From the NCBI GenBank assembly GCA_038745625.1, contig JBCDLG010000002.1:310-64309 (forward strand): a stretch of 64,000 nt of DNA, written 5' to 3'. A program made the position numbers and the translations under genes. The notes under the pieces are model-generated. The model did not search any database. It was not told the DNA's origin and worked only from the letters and a program-made list of their open reading frames with translations. Below are positions 1-10,431 of the stretch, piece by piece. The DNA is from Pseudomonadota bacterium. Lineage in GTDB: Bacteria > Pseudomonadota > Alphaproteobacteria > Caulobacterales > Parvularculaceae. Position 1 is the stretch's first letter. Each line of letters begins with the position of its first letter.

Positions 1-372
1 AAGAACCGGGTGACCGACACGGTGCCGATGGCGCGGAAGATGTTCCCGGGCTCGCCTGCTTCGCTCGATGCGCTCTGCAGCCGCTTTGGGATCAGCAAGG
101 AGGAGCGGGAGGCCAAGGGCCACGGCGCGCTCCTGGACTCCGAGCTTCTTGCACGGGTTTACGTTGAGCTGACAGGCGGCGCGCAGGCGGGGTTGTCTTT
201 TGCTGCGGCTTCCGATCCCCGTGGCGGCTCGTCCGGCAAGGCCCTTCCGGCGCGGCAGCGCCCCAAGCCGCTCGCCTCATTGGTCACCGATGAGGAGCGC
301 GCAGCGCATCGCGCCTTTGTCGAAGAGCTCGGCACGCCGCTTTGGCTCAAGGATCTCGGCGGCGCGGCCTAG
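1..372 (+). CDS. dnaQ: DNA polymerase III epsilon subunit, 5'-truncated by window edge
   Basis: [23 protein letters not shown]...[21 protein letters not shown] matches the ExoIII/C-terminal region of DnaQ; frame is open from base 1. Confidence 0.93.
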   Translation, partial: KNRVTDTVPMARKMFPGSPASLDALCSRFGISKEEREAKGHGALLDSELLARVYVELTGGAQAGLSFAAASDPRGGSSGKALPARQRPKPLASLVTDEERAAHRAFVEELGTPLWLKDLGGAA

Positions 373-1205
373 GCTTTTCCGGGTGGGTCCACCTTCAAAA
401 TGCCGTGGTCACGCCGGTCTTGTAGAACGCGCATGACGATATCGGCATTCACCTCGCGGGCCTCGGACGCAAAGGCGTAGACGAGGGCCGTGTCGGCGAT
501 GATGTTGATCTGGCGCGGGATCCCGCCTGAGGCGTCGAAGATCCGATCAATGGCGCCGGGCGTGAAAATCTCGTTGCGCGCCCCGGCAAGGCTGAGGCGT
601 GACGCAATGTAGTCCGCTGTTTCTTGCAGGCTGAAGGCGCGCAGGTGGTAGTGAGCGACCACGCGCTGCCGGAACTGCGCCAGCTGCGGCATGTTGAGAA
701 GGGCCCCAAGCTCGGGTTGGCCGAACAGGACCAGCTGCAACACGGGACGGCCATTGGACTGGCGTTCAGCCAGCACCCGGACCCGCTCGAGCAGCCGCGG
801 CTCTAGGAGCTGTGCCTCATCGATAAAGAGGATCGCTTTGCGGCCAGCGCTGCGGTTTTGGTGCAGGAACTTGTCGAGATGAGCGAGGGACTGGCTGGCC
901 GACGTCGCTTTTGATTCGATCCCGAAACCATAAAGGATCCAAGTCGCAACATCGTTCTCATAGCCAATGTCGCCGGTGAGGGCGCCAAAGCGATTGCCGT
1001 CCTTATGGCGCCGCGCAAGGTCATGCAGCAGTGTCGTTTTCCCGCTGCCGATTTCCCCCGTGATCACCACCGTGCCGTTGCCCGACGTCAGGCCATAAGC
1101 GAGCATGGTCCGGGCCATTTTGTGGCCGTCGGACCAGAACAGCATGTCCGGTTCGGGGTGGGTGGCGAACGGTTTGCGGTTCAGCCGGAAATGCTTCTCG
1201 TACAT
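369..1205 (-). CDS. ExeA/GspA-like AAA ATPase (exosortase/PEP-CTERM system-associated type)
   Basis: [14 protein letters not shown]-terminus, Walker [10 protein letters not shown], Walker [33 protein letters not shown]. Confidence 0.88.
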   Translation of the reverse strand: MYEKHFRLNRKPFATHPEPDMLFWSDGHKMARTMLAYGLTSGNGTVVITGEIGSGKTTLLHDLARRHKDGNRFGALTGDIGYENDVATWILYGFGIESKATSASQSLAHLDKFLHQNRSAGRKAILFIDEAQLLEPRLLERVRVLAERQSNGRPVLQLVLFGQPELGALLNMPQLAQFRQRVVAHYHLRAFSLQETADYIASRLSLAGARNEIFTPGAIDRIFDASGGIPRQINIIADTALVYAFASEAREVNADIVMRVLQDRRDHGILKVDPPGKA

Positions 1206-1258
1206 GGCTTTCCTTGGTTGAACCGCGATCGCGAAAGCAACCCTGCGGTGTCGTCTCT

Positions 1259-3631
1259 TTACAGTGCTTCGAGCGCCGCCTGAATGACTTCATCGCTAAC
1301 TGAGTCAGTTTTACCTGGCGCTTCCAAAGCTTGCGTGAACGCCTCACGCGCCGCGTTGACGTTGCCCTGGGCCGCTTCGATCACGCCGCGATGGTAGTGG
1401 ATCTCCGCGTTGTTGACCTCCGCCTCCGCTGCGATGGTTGCGTATTCAGCGGCCTTCTCGACGTCCCCATTGTTGTAATAGGCCCAGGCGAGGGTGTCCG
1501 CAAAGAAGGGCTGCTGGGTTCCTTCGAAGCGCTGGGCGACCTCAAGGGCCGCGGCGGGATCATCGCCCAGATCAAGCGTCAGCGACGCGAAGTTGTTGGC
1601 GGTCAGATCGCTGAGCGAATTCTCTTCGTAGAGACCTGTGAGAACTTCGAGTGCCTCTTCGCGCCTGCCGTCCTGCATCAGCTCATTGGACTGAAGCGTG
1701 CGGAGATTGATGGTGCTGTCGGCCTCATCAATCCCTTTGAGAAGGGCCGCCTTGGCGTCGTCGCGGTCGCCGCTTGCCAGAAGAGCGTTGTAGCGGGCGA
1801 GATGGAGGCCTTCATTGCCCGGGAAGGCTGTGACGCCGTCATCAGCGGCCGCCAAAGCGCGATCGTTTTCGCCTTGGTTGAGCTCGAATTGCGTGAGGAG
1901 GGCGTAGGCGGCTTCGTTCTCGCCGGCGGCGGCTTCCTCGTTGAGATAGGAACGAACCTCATCGAACCGTTCCATCCGTCCGAGTGCCTCGGATTTGAGC
2001 CGCAGAGCGTTGGTCGATCGCTGACCTTCTTCCGACAACAGATCGATTTGCTCGAGCGCGTCTTCTGTCCGAGTTTGTTGGAGCAGGTTGGCAATAAGCA
2101 GCTGCCGCGCCTCGTCGTCCGCTGGGTCGGTCCGCACGAGACTCCGCAGGATCCCTTCAGCTTCCTCCGTACGGCCATCATTAATCAAAAGGGCGGCGCT
2201 CTCTCGGCGCACCTCCGGTGTTGCGAACTCGCCCTGGGCGTATCGCAAGGTGAGGTCGGCGACGTCGTCGGTCTGCTCCGCTCTCATCAACATACCGCGA
2301 TAGGCTTGATAAAGCGTCGGGGTCAGCCCGAGCCGGTCTATGGCCTGGGCGAGCTGCGCTTGACCGAACGAGGCACGACCGTCGGCCTCGTACGCCAGGC
2401 CGAGGAGGATCAGGGCGCTTTCTTTATCAGGGTCACCCGACACCGCTTCGCGCAGCGTTTCGATCGCGGGCTCGACCTCCTCGCTCGCCAGCTGCACCTT
2501 GCCTTTGAGTGTTAGCGCGTTGGGGTTGGAGGCGTCGAGAGCCAGTGCTTCATCCGCACGCGCCATAGCGCCTTCAAGATCGCGTTCCGTGAATCTGCGC
2601 TCACCGAGCCGGACCATGGCTTCGTTGCGAATGGCGATGTCTTCAATCTCTTCGCCTGTCAGCCGCTCAAGTTCAGCGACGCAGTCTTCGGTTTTGCCCA
2701 CTTGGCAAAGGAAGTCCGCGATGGCGAAATCTAGTTCTGCATCCGGATAATCCGCAACGATTTGGCGAAGTTCAGCTTCGGCGGCGTCATCGCCATCGAC
2801 AGCGCGGACAACGCCAATCTGGCGCGAGACAAGATCGGTTTTGTCTTCAACCAGTGGCAGCGCGGAGCGATACTGCTCAAGCGCGCCATCGAGATCTTGG
2901 CGACCTCGCAGCAGGAACTCGCCATAACGCTCCCGGTAGAGACCATTCTCGGCGTTGACCTCGATCAGGCGTTGGAATGTCTCGTCCATCTCATCAAGGT
3001 CTTGCTGCCGCTGGGCAAGGATCAGTTTGACAGCAAGAAGCTCTTCCGCAGCAGGGTCGGCCTCGAGCCCTTCTTCAATGATCCGCCGCGCTTCTGAGAA
3101 GTTCTCATCACGGACGAAACGAGCGGCCAGAAGGTTGCGCACTTCAGCATTGGCCGGATCAAGGGCGAGCGCCTGGTCGAGAACTTCGGTGGCGCCATCA
3201 AGGTCGTTCTCGAGGACGAGGGACGCGCCTTTGACGGTCAGCGCCTGCACATTTTCGGGCTCGTTGGCGAGGACGTCGTCGGCACGCTCCATGGCACTGT
3301 CGATATCGCCAGAGAGCAGCTGCAGCCGCGCGAGCTCCGCGCTTGCATCCATATCATCAGGGACGAGTTCGACGATCCGCGATAGGTAGCGCATCTGCTC
3401 GCCATAGCGCTCCCGCAGCTCGGCCACTTCGGCAGCGCCGCGCAGAGCGGCGACATTGTCAGGATCGTTTTGAAGGGCATTGGCGAATTGCAGCCGGGCG
3501 CGCTGCAGTTCCCCCTCTTCCAAATACTCCTGGGCATTGGCGGCAAATTTAGCCGCTTTTTCCTCAGGGCTTTCACACGCCACCAGCGCAAGAACTGCGA
3601 TGGACGCTGTAAGCCGTTTCAAGACTGTCAT
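1259..3631 (-). CDS. TPR-repeat lipoprotein, PrsT-like (exosortase system-associated)
   Basis: Lipobox LVAC then ESPEEKA; many TPR-like repeats (ALQNDPDN, ALALDPAN, ADTLAWAYY, IHYHRGVI) over 790 aa; directly upstream of the ExeA-like ATPase. Confidence 0.85.
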   Translation of the reverse strand: MTVLKRLTASIAVLALVACESPEEKAAKFAANAQEYLEEGELQRARLQFANALQNDPDNVAALRGAAEVAELRERYGEQMRYLSRIVELVPDDMDASAELARLQLLSGDIDSAMERADDVLANEPENVQALTVKGASLVLENDLDGATEVLDQALALDPANAEVRNLLAARFVRDENFSEARRIIEEGLEADPAAEELLAVKLILAQRQQDLDEMDETFQRLIEVNAENGLYRERYGEFLLRGRQDLDGALEQYRSALPLVEDKTDLVSRQIGVVRAVDGDDAAEAELRQIVADYPDAELDFAIADFLCQVGKTEDCVAELERLTGEEIEDIAIRNEAMVRLGERRFTERDLEGAMARADEALALDASNPNALTLKGKVQLASEEVEPAIETLREAVSGDPDKESALILLGLAYEADGRASFGQAQLAQAIDRLGLTPTLYQAYRGMLMRAEQTDDVADLTLRYAQGEFATPEVRRESAALLINDGRTEEAEGILRSLVRTDPADDEARQLLIANLLQQTRTEDALEQIDLLSEEGQRSTNALRLKSEALGRMERFDEVRSYLNEEAAAGENEAAYALLTQFELNQGENDRALAAADDGVTAFPGNEGLHLARYNALLASGDRDDAKAALLKGIDEADSTINLRTLQSNELMQDGRREEALEVLTGLYEENSLSDLTANNFASLTLDLGDDPAAALEVAQRFEGTQQPFFADTLAWAYYNNGDVEKAAEYATIAAEAEVNNAEIHYHRGVIEAAQGNVNAAREAFTQALEAPGKTDSVSDEVIQAALEAL

Positions 3632-3681
3632 GTTGGGTCGTCCCTGTTGCGTCGGGCTCGTTCGCCCCCCGACTGATAATG

Positions 3682-3696
3682 GCTCATGCCGTGCCT
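3682..3696 (-). promoter_or_regulatory. Possible sigma54 (-24/-12) promoter for the TPR-ATPase pair
   Basis: Minus strand AGGCACGGCATGAGC has GG-N10-GC spacing and the GGCACG core; it deviates from consensus at TT(-15/-14); ~50 bp upstream of the ATG. Confidence 0.35.
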
Positions 3697-3724
3697 GAAC
3701 GTGGTTGGTAAAGATTAAACGACG

Positions 3725-3976
3725 TTAGCTGAAGTCATAGGTTCGCCCGTCCTTCTCCCAGTCGCCGTAACGTGTGGGTTCGGCTTTACGCTTCCCGCCA
3801 TTGATTTCTTTGGGAACATTGGCGCGGGCATCAATCTCGTCACGGCGCATTTTGGCCTCCCGCAGGATTTCGACTTCCTGCTCGGTCAGCTTCCGCCCAT
3901 TCGCCATCAGCGGGATGCCGTCCTCGGTCGTTGGGATGGGTTCGTCGCCTTCTTCTGGCGCGTTTTGATCGTTCAT
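3725..3976 (-). CDS. DUF1674 / SdhAF4-like small protein
   Basis: C-terminal [24 protein letters not shown] signature; start placed at MNDQ. Confidence 0.88.
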   Translation of the reverse strand: MNDQNAPEEGDEPIPTTEDGIPLMANGRKLTEQEVEILREAKMRRDEIDARANVPKEINGGKRKAEPTRYGDWEKDGRTYDFS

Positions 3977-3991
3977 CGCATCACGCTCCTC

Positions 3992-4019
3992 GTTGCATTG
4001 GGCCGCATTCTGCCCATCT
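3992..4019 (+). promoter_or_regulatory. Probable RpoH (sigma32) promoter of htpX
   Basis: GTTGCA-N15-CCCATCT resembles CTTGAA-N13-17-CCCATAT; htpX is a known heat-shock gene. Confidence 0.5.
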
Positions 4020-4055
4020 TCATCGGAAACATCACTCCGGTGCAGCAAGAGACAA

Positions 4056-4943
4056 ATGAACGCAAATTTCCGAACATTTCTTCTTATGGCGGCGATGACC
4101 GCCCTTTTTGGTGTCATCGGCACTGTGATCGGCGGTCGAGGCGGTATGATCTTGGCGCTTGGCTTCGCCGGTCTCAGCAATCTCTTTGCCTTTTGGAATG
4201 CCGATAAGATCGTCCTGCGCATGTACAAGGCTCGGGAAGTGGCCCCCAACGAGGCAGACCCGCGGCTACGCCGGTTCGCGGAAGGCGTCGCAGGGCTCGC
4301 TGCCCGCGCTCAGATGCCGATGCCCAAGGTCTACATCATCGATCAGGACCAGCCCAACGCCTTTGCCACGGGCCGGGACCCTTCCCACGCGGCGGTGGCA
4401 GCGACCCAAGGCCTCCTCGACCGGCTGACGGAGGAGGAAGTGATGGGCGTGATGGCCCATGAGCTCGCCCATGTGAGGAACCGTGACACTCTGACCATGA
4501 CGATGACCGCGACCCTGGCCGGGGCGATCACAGCGCTCGCCAATTTCGCATTCTTCTTTGGTGGCAACCGTGACAACCAGGGCAACGCCTTCGCCCTCAT
4601 CATCGTCATGTTGATCGCGCCTTTGGCAGCGAGCCTGGTCCAGCTCGCGATCAGCCGGACGCGGGAGTATGAGGCGGACAAGATCGGCGCGGAGATTTGC
4701 GGCAACCCGGCATGGCTCTCCTCAGCGCTGGCAAAGATCTCAGGCGTTGCTGCCCGCACGCCGAACCCCGTGGCCGAGCGGCATCCCGCCTCCGGGCAGC
4801 TGATGATCGTGAACCCGCTCTCAGGGCGGGGCTCGGCCAAGAGCCTCTTCTCAACCCACCCGCCGATGGAGGAGCGCATTCGCAGGCTCGACCTGATGGG
4901 CGGCTCGGCACCGGCGCCGCAAAGCCGCGGCCCTTGGGGCTAA
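4056..4943 (+). CDS. htpX: Zinc metalloprotease HtpX (M48)
   Basis: [13 protein letters not shown] zinc motif, [14 protein letters not shown]; N-terminal TM helices. Confidence 0.95.
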   Translation: MNANFRTFLLMAAMTALFGVIGTVIGGRGGMILALGFAGLSNLFAFWNADKIVLRMYKAREVAPNEADPRLRRFAEGVAGLAARAQMPMPKVYIIDQDQPNAFATGRDPSHAAVAATQGLLDRLTEEEVMGVMAHELAHVRNRDTLTMTMTATLAGAITALANFAFFFGGNRDNQGNAFALIIVMLIAPLAASLVQLAISRTREYEADKIGAEICGNPAWLSSALAKISGVAARTPNPVAERHPASGQLMIVNPLSGRGSAKSLFSTHPPMEERIRRLDLMGGSAPAPQSRGPWG

Positions 4944-5398
4944 ACGCCCTCTTCGGGCGCGGGCTTGTCACCTGATGGCGCAGGGTCGTTGGCGGGCGCT
5001 GGCGCGTCGGCTTCTGCTGCCGCAGGCGCCGGCTCAGGCGGAGGGGCGCTTGTCATTCGGCTTGATGGGTGGCGCACAGGATTGAGACCAGAGGATAGGA
5101 CATCGTCGTCCAAGGTCTCGCCCCTTAGCCCGTCATCAATGCTGAGCACAGCGAGCAAGAACTCTGTTGCGACCCTCAGGCCAATCAGCGTGACCACGAA
5201 CCGCACCGGGATCAGCACAAGGAATTTGCCAAGATTGCCCAGGAACCCGGCGCCAAAGAACCCAGCAAACGCGACGACCAGATCGTAGAGTGTTGTCACC
5301 ACCAGCAAGAAGAGAAGAAGGTAATAGCCGAAGGTCACAAGCCCGCGGCCCATGGTTTCCTCAAAGCTCAAAAACCGGCCCACAAGTTCGGTCATCAC
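4940..5398 (-). CDS. DUF4282-like membrane protein
   Basis: [15 protein letters not shown], two TM helices, [14 protein letters not shown]; Pro/Ala-rich tail. Confidence 0.65.
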   Translation of the reverse strand: MMTELVGRFLSFEETMGRGLVTFGYYLLLFLLVVTTLYDLVVAFAGFFGAGFLGNLGKFLVLIPVRFVVTLIGLRVATEFLLAVLSIDDGLRGETLDDDVLSSGLNPVRHPSSRMTSAPPPEPAPAAAEADAPAPANDPAPSGDKPAPEEGV

Positions 5399-5465
5399 CG
5401 CCCTCTTCTGCTTCGTCCAGCCGCGCTAGCGGGTCTTGGGGGCGGGGTGAAGCTGTCTGGTGCGG

Positions 5466-8270
5466 CTAGTGCGCTTCGTCCCAGTTCTTGGCGGCGTTGG
5501 CTTCGACCTTCAGCGGCACGGACACGTCGCGCGCGGGCAGCGGCGCGGTTTCCATCACCTCACGCACCAAAGCGCAGGTCGCGTCGGCATCGGCTTTGGG
5601 GCATTCGAGCACCAGCTCGTCATGCACCTGCAGGAGCATTTTCGCCCGAAGCCCTGCCTCCGCCAGCGCGGGCGGTACACGGACCATCGCCCGCTTGACG
5701 ATGTCGGCGGCGGTGCCTTGGATCGGCGCGTTGATCGCCTGGCGCTCGGCAAAGCCGCGCATGTTCGGATTGCTCGCCTTGATACCGGTGATGTAGGAGC
5801 GGCGGCCGAAGATCGTCTCGACATAGCCCTGCTCTTTCGCCAGCGCTTTGGTGTCATCCATATACTGACGGATGCCAGGGAACTTGTCGAAATAGCTGTT
5901 GATGTAGTCCGCGGCGCGGCCACGCTCGATCCCCAGGCGCGAGGAGAGCCCAAAGGCCGAGATCCCGTAGATGATCCCGAAATTGATCGTCTTGGCCGAC
6001 CGGCGAAGGTCCGCATCCACCTCATCAAGGGGCACGCCAAAGACCTCCGACGCGGTCAGCGCATGGACGTCGATATCGTCGGCGAAGGCGCGTTTCAGCT
6101 CAGGCACATCACCGATATGGGCAAGCAGCCTCAGCTCAATCTGGCTGTAATCAGCGGAGATGATGACGTTGCCCTTTTCCGGGATGAAGGCCTTGCGGAT
6201 CTTTCTTCCCTCTTCAGTCCGTATCGGGATGTTTTGCAGGTTCGGATCGTTCGACGACAGCCGCCCTGTGTGGGTGGAGGCGAGCGAGAAGCTCGTATGC
6301 ACCCGACCTGTCTCTGGATGAACAGCGGTCGCAAGGGCGTCGGTGTAGGTCGATTTGAGTTTCGACATCTGCCGCCAGCCGAGGATCGCTTTCGGCACGT
6401 CGTGGCCTTGCGCCGCAAGGTCATCGAGGATTTCCGCGCCCGTGGCCCAGGCGCCGGTTTTGGTTTTCTTGCCCCCAGGCAGGCCGAGCGTTCCAAAGAG
6501 GATTTCGCCGATCTGTTTGGGGGAGCCTAGGTTGAATTTTTCGCCTGCCGCTTCGAAGGCTTCATCCTCGAAGGCGGCCATTTTTTGGGCGAACTCGGAG
6601 GAAAGGCGCGCGAGCTCGGCCTTATCCACCTTGATGCCTTCACGTTCCATCGAAGCGATCACGGGCACAAGGGGCCGCTCGATCCGTTCGTAGACGGAAA
6701 CCATCGACTCCTCGACCATCCGCTTTTTGAGAATGAGGCCAAGACGTTGGGTCACATCGGCGTCTTCCGCCGCGTAAGCCGTGGCTTCTTTGATGGGGAT
6801 TTGGTCGAAGGTTTTGGCGTTTTTCCCTTTCCCCGCAAGCTCTGTAAACGGAATGGGTTCATGGTCGAGATAGCGTTTGGAGAGCTCGTCCATGCCATGG
6901 CTCTCAGCGCCGCATTCGATGACATAAGACATCAGCATCGTGTCATCAATCGGCGTCAGCGTGGCGCCGTGGTTCTCGAGGATCACCAGGTCGAATTTGA
7001 GGTTCTGGCCCACTTTGACCACGGACGGATCGGTGAAGATCTCTTGCAGCGCCTCGAGCACATCGCCCGTGGCGAGCTGCGGCTCCGTCCCCTGACCATC
7101 AAGATCAAGCCCGTCGCCGCCATGGAGGAGCGGGATGTAGCAAGCATCACCGGGCGCCGCGGCGAGACTGATGCCCACCAGTCGGGCACGCATAGCGTTG
7201 AGGCCGTCCGTCTCCGTATCAACGGCGATAGTACCGTACTCATAAGCGCGGGTGATGAAGGCGTGGAGGTCGTCCATCTCAAGGATGGTTTTGTAGTTCG
7301 CCGTATCGATCGGCCCTTCGGCGGCGGACGCGCCAACGGGCTTTGCGGCTTCTTCGATCCCGCCGGCCTCGCGAATGCGGCGGGTGAGGGTGGTGAACTC
7401 CATCTCTTCAAGGAAGGTGATCAGCTGGGCATGATCAAAGTCCGCCAAAGCAAAGCCCGCTGGATCATCGAGACCACCAACATCGGTGCGGAGGGTGACG
7501 AGTTCCTTTGAGAGTTTCGCTTCCTCCGCATTTTCCATAATCGTTTCGCGGCGCTTTTTCTGTTTGATCTCCTCGGCGCGCTCGAGAAGGTCTTCGAGTG
7601 TTCCGTATTCCTCAAGAAGGGTCGCGGCCGTCTTCGGGCCAATGCCCGGCACGCCCGGCACATTGTCGGTCGAGTCGCCCATCAGCGCCTGGAGGTCGAT
7701 CATTTTGTCGGGGCCGACGCCGAACTTCTCGATCACGCCATCGGTGTCGATGATTTTGTTCTTCATCGGATCAAACATCACGACTTTGTCGGTCACAAGC
7801 TGCGTGAGATCCTTGTCGGACGAGACGATGACAACCTCCGCACCCTGCTCTTCAGCTTGCCGGGCAAAGGTCGCGATCAGATCGTCCGCCTCATAACCTT
7901 CTTCTTCGAGGCATGGCAGGCCAAAGGCACGGGTCGCGTCGCGGATGACAGAGAATTGAGGCCGCAGATCTTCGGGCGGCTCATCCCGATTGGCCTTGTA
8001 GTCTGGATAAAGATCATTGCGGAAGGAATAGCCGGAATGGTCAAAGATCACCGCAAAATGGGTCGGGGTGCCGATATGCTCCACCGCATCGTTGGAGGCA
8101 TCCGAAAGGAGCTTCCACAGCATGTTGCAAAAGCCCGAAACAGCCCCAATCGGCATGCCGTCGGACTTCCGCGTCAGCGGAGGCAAGGCATGGAAAGCGC
8201 GAAAAATGTAAGCGGAGCCATCAACCAGGTAGAGGCGGCTGTGGGCGGAAAGGGGCGTCGTCTTAGGCAT
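5466..8270 (-). CDS. polA: DNA polymerase I
   Basis: LVDGSAYIFRAFHA 5'-exo, DTET 3'-exo, ADYSQIELR, AKTINFGIIYG, LQVHDEL. Confidence 0.99.
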   Translation of the reverse strand: MPKTTPLSAHSRLYLVDGSAYIFRAFHALPPLTRKSDGMPIGAVSGFCNMLWKLLSDASNDAVEHIGTPTHFAVIFDHSGYSFRNDLYPDYKANRDEPPEDLRPQFSVIRDATRAFGLPCLEEEGYEADDLIATFARQAEEQGAEVVIVSSDKDLTQLVTDKVVMFDPMKNKIIDTDGVIEKFGVGPDKMIDLQALMGDSTDNVPGVPGIGPKTAATLLEEYGTLEDLLERAEEIKQKKRRETIMENAEEAKLSKELVTLRTDVGGLDDPAGFALADFDHAQLITFLEEMEFTTLTRRIREAGGIEEAAKPVGASAAEGPIDTANYKTILEMDDLHAFITRAYEYGTIAVDTETDGLNAMRARLVGISLAAAPGDACYIPLLHGGDGLDLDGQGTEPQLATGDVLEALQEIFTDPSVVKVGQNLKFDLVILENHGATLTPIDDTMLMSYVIECGAESHGMDELSKRYLDHEPIPFTELAGKGKNAKTFDQIPIKEATAYAAEDADVTQRLGLILKKRMVEESMVSVYERIERPLVPVIASMEREGIKVDKAELARLSSEFAQKMAAFEDEAFEAAGEKFNLGSPKQIGEILFGTLGLPGGKKTKTGAWATGAEILDDLAAQGHDVPKAILGWRQMSKLKSTYTDALATAVHPETGRVHTSFSLASTHTGRLSSNDPNLQNIPIRTEEGRKIRKAFIPEKGNVIISADYSQIELRLLAHIGDVPELKRAFADDIDVHALTASEVFGVPLDEVDADLRRSAKTINFGIIYGISAFGLSSRLGIERGRAADYINSYFDKFPGIRQYMDDTKALAKEQGYVETIFGRRSYITGIKASNPNMRGFAERQAINAPIQGTAADIVKRAMVRVPPALAEAGLRAKMLLQVHDELVLECPKADADATCALVREVMETAPLPARDVSVPLKVEANAAKNWDEAH

Positions 8271-8385
8271 TCGCCCCCGTTACCCTGCGCCGCTTGCCCT
8301 GGCGAGACGGCAGGGCAAGGCGCCAAGGTTTTCAACATCGGTAAAATCTGATCTAATTGGACCATAGCGTTCGTCTGGGGGGACT

Positions 8386-9033
8386 ATGAAAAAGCTACTG
8401 ATCGCAGCCGCCGGGGCTTTCGGCCTGGCGCAAGGCGCAGCATCCGCGGCCATCACCACCTACACGTCAGAAGCCGCGTTTTTGGCTGATACCGGCGCCT
8501 TAACGCTTGAAAACTTTAACAGTTTCACTGATGAGCCGAGCTTTGCCAACACCTCGCTGGCCACGCCAAGTGGTGTGTCGCTGACCACGACGGGCACGCT
8601 GCTCAGCAACCCGCTCCGCAACGCGATCAACCAACCGCTCAACGCCTCCTCCGCGGTTGATGGAACGGCCCACGCGAATGTCGTTCTGAACTCCTCGGAT
8701 GACATTTTCACGATCACGCTTCCGACGGCGGTCAACGCGTTTGCCGCCAGCTTTCGTGCGCTCAATGATCTCGAGAGGCGGACGGACCTGGTGGTGAATG
8801 GCGAAAGCATCATCATGCCGATCCTCGCCAGCGGCACCGCGCTCTCGTTCTTTGGGGTCACATCCGATGTGGCCTTTACGAGCGTGAGGTTTATCCTGGT
8901 GGGCGACACCGACGGCTTTCTTGTCGACAATGTTTACTTTGGAGACGCCGAGGTCGTCCCCATTCCGGCTGCTGGCCTGTTGATGGCAGGCGCCTTCGCT
9001 GGCCTTGCAGGGCTCCGCCGCCGCAAGGGATAA
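8386..9033 (+). CDS. Secreted protein with VPLPA/PEP-CTERM-like sorting signal
   Basis: Signal peptide; C-terminus VVPIPAAGLLMAGAFAGLAGL-RRRKG (motif + TM + basic tail); FFGVTSD..FTSVRF..DNVYF beta-rich core. Confidence 0.88.
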   Translation: MKKLLIAAAGAFGLAQGAASAAITTYTSEAAFLADTGALTLENFNSFTDEPSFANTSLATPSGVSLTTTGTLLSNPLRNAINQPLNASSAVDGTAHANVVLNSSDDIFTITLPTAVNAFAASFRALNDLERRTDLVVNGESIIMPILASGTALSFFGVTSDVAFTSVRFILVGDTDGFLVDNVYFGDAEVVPIPAAGLLMAGAFAGLAGLRRRKG

Positions 9034-9057
9034 GTTTTCTCGCTAAGCAAAAAGCAA

Positions 9058-9079
9058 AGGCGCTGCGCTTGCAGTGCCT
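9058..9079. terminator. Hairpin between convergent genes, probable terminator
   Basis: AGGCGCTGC-GCTT-GCAGTGCCT stem with an A-run on the left side. Confidence 0.45.
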
Positions 9080-9085
9080 CGTTGC

Positions 9086-10387
9086 TTACGCAGCCGAAAC
9101 GACCTTGAGGCCGTGGCTTTTCATCGAGTCGCGCTCTTCGGCAGGGTCGAAACGTTCGAGGATGAACTTCGCCAGCTGCGGTTGGATCTCTCGGCGCCAT
9201 TTCGAGCCGCTGAAGACGCCGTAATGGCCCGCGCCTTTTTGGATATAGTCGATGCGGTCTTTGGCCTTGAGGCCGGTGCAGAGATCGTGCGCCGCCTGGG
9301 TTTGGCCGATGCCGGAGATATCGTCGAGCTCGCCTTCGACCGTCATCAGCGCGGTGCTCGTGATCTTGGAGGGGTCCACCACCTTGCCGTGGTGGGTGAA
9401 GAGGCCCCGCGGCAGCAGATACTCTTGGAACACATCGTGGATTGTTTGGAGGTAGAACTCCGCGGTCATGTCGCAGACGGCGAGATATTCGTTGTAGAAG
9501 GTCTCGTGCTTGCGCGCTGCGCCCTGGTCGCCGGATACCAGATTGGCGAAATAGTCGAAATTGGCTTCCACATGCCGTTCGACATTCATCGACATAAAGT
9601 TCGCTAGCTGGAGAAACCCTGGATAGACCCGGCGCGTGAAGCCCGCATAGGGCGCCGGCACCGTCTGGATCATGTTGGTCTCAAACCACTCAAAGGCTTT
9701 TTGCTCAGCCAAGAGGTTGGTGACCGTCGGCGATTTCCGTGCATCGATCGGCGAGCCCATGAAGGTCATCGTCCGCGGCGTGGCGGGATCCTCGTCTTCG
9801 GCCATCACGGCGCAGGCGGCGAGAAGCGCTGGGCCGGGCTGGCAAACAGCGATGGTGTGGCAGCCAGGACCGATCAGCTGAATGAACTCGATCAGGTAAT
9901 CGATATACGTGTTGAGATCGAAACGACCGAAGAGAACCGGGACGTCTCGCACGTCGGTCCAGTCCGTGATGAAGACCTCGTGGCCGGGCAGCATCGCCTC
10001 GACCGTGCCGCGCAGCAGGGTCGCGTGGTGGCCGGACATAGGTGCGGCGATCAGCACCCGCGGCTGCGGCTCAACGCCTGGCACGTCGGCAAGCACTGCC
10101 GGGTCGCGGCGGAAGCGGAGAAGGCGACCGAAGGGCTTCTCCAGCACCGTCTCGACGGTGACGGGAACCTCAACGCTGTTGATCTCCGTCGTATCGAGGC
10201 GCCAGTCGGGCTTGCCGTAGCGACGGGTGGCCATCTCAAAGACATTGTGCCCAGCGATGGCTGCGCGGGCGGCCCAGCTCTCGCGGAAGACATTCATCGG
10301 TGAATCAACGACGCTGGCGAAGGCGCGGGCAAAGGTCCGTGCCGGACCGACCATTTGATGCGCCGCTTCATAAGTTGGATAAATCAC
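9086..10387 (-). CDS. phaZ: Intracellular PHB depolymerase
   Basis: APMSGHHATLLRGTV, AVCQPG (Cys nucleophile), GSPID, EGELDDISGIGQT, GAGHYGVF. Confidence 0.95.
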   Translation of the reverse strand: MIYPTYEAAHQMVGPARTFARAFASVVDSPMNVFRESWAARAAIAGHNVFEMATRRYGKPDWRLDTTEINSVEVPVTVETVLEKPFGRLLRFRRDPAVLADVPGVEPQPRVLIAAPMSGHHATLLRGTVEAMLPGHEVFITDWTDVRDVPVLFGRFDLNTYIDYLIEFIQLIGPGCHTIAVCQPGPALLAACAVMAEDEDPATPRTMTFMGSPIDARKSPTVTNLLAEQKAFEWFETNMIQTVPAPYAGFTRRVYPGFLQLANFMSMNVERHVEANFDYFANLVSGDQGAARKHETFYNEYLAVCDMTAEFYLQTIHDVFQEYLLPRGLFTHHGKVVDPSKITSTALMTVEGELDDISGIGQTQAAHDLCTGLKAKDRIDYIQKGAGHYGVFSGSKWRREIQPQLAKFILERFDPAEERDSMKSHGLKVVSAA

Positions 10388-10419
10388 TCAAGAACCCCAC
10401 TAACCCAGTGCGTCCTACG

Positions 10420-10431
10420 CGCAGTGCAGCA
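10420..10431. promoter_or_regulatory. Possible PhaR-binding site upstream of phaZ
   Basis: CGCAGTGCAGCA is close to the TGC-N3-GCA type PhaR motifs described in alphaproteobacteria; 33-44 bp upstream of phaZ. Confidence 0.4.

Noticed and set aside
1331-2515. 394-aa plus-strand ORF (and similar long ORFs at 5460-6530, 6585-7511, 15559-16515, 36188-37060, 61600-62553)
   Set aside because: Antisense shadows of well-supported genes; expected in GC-rich DNA; no motifs
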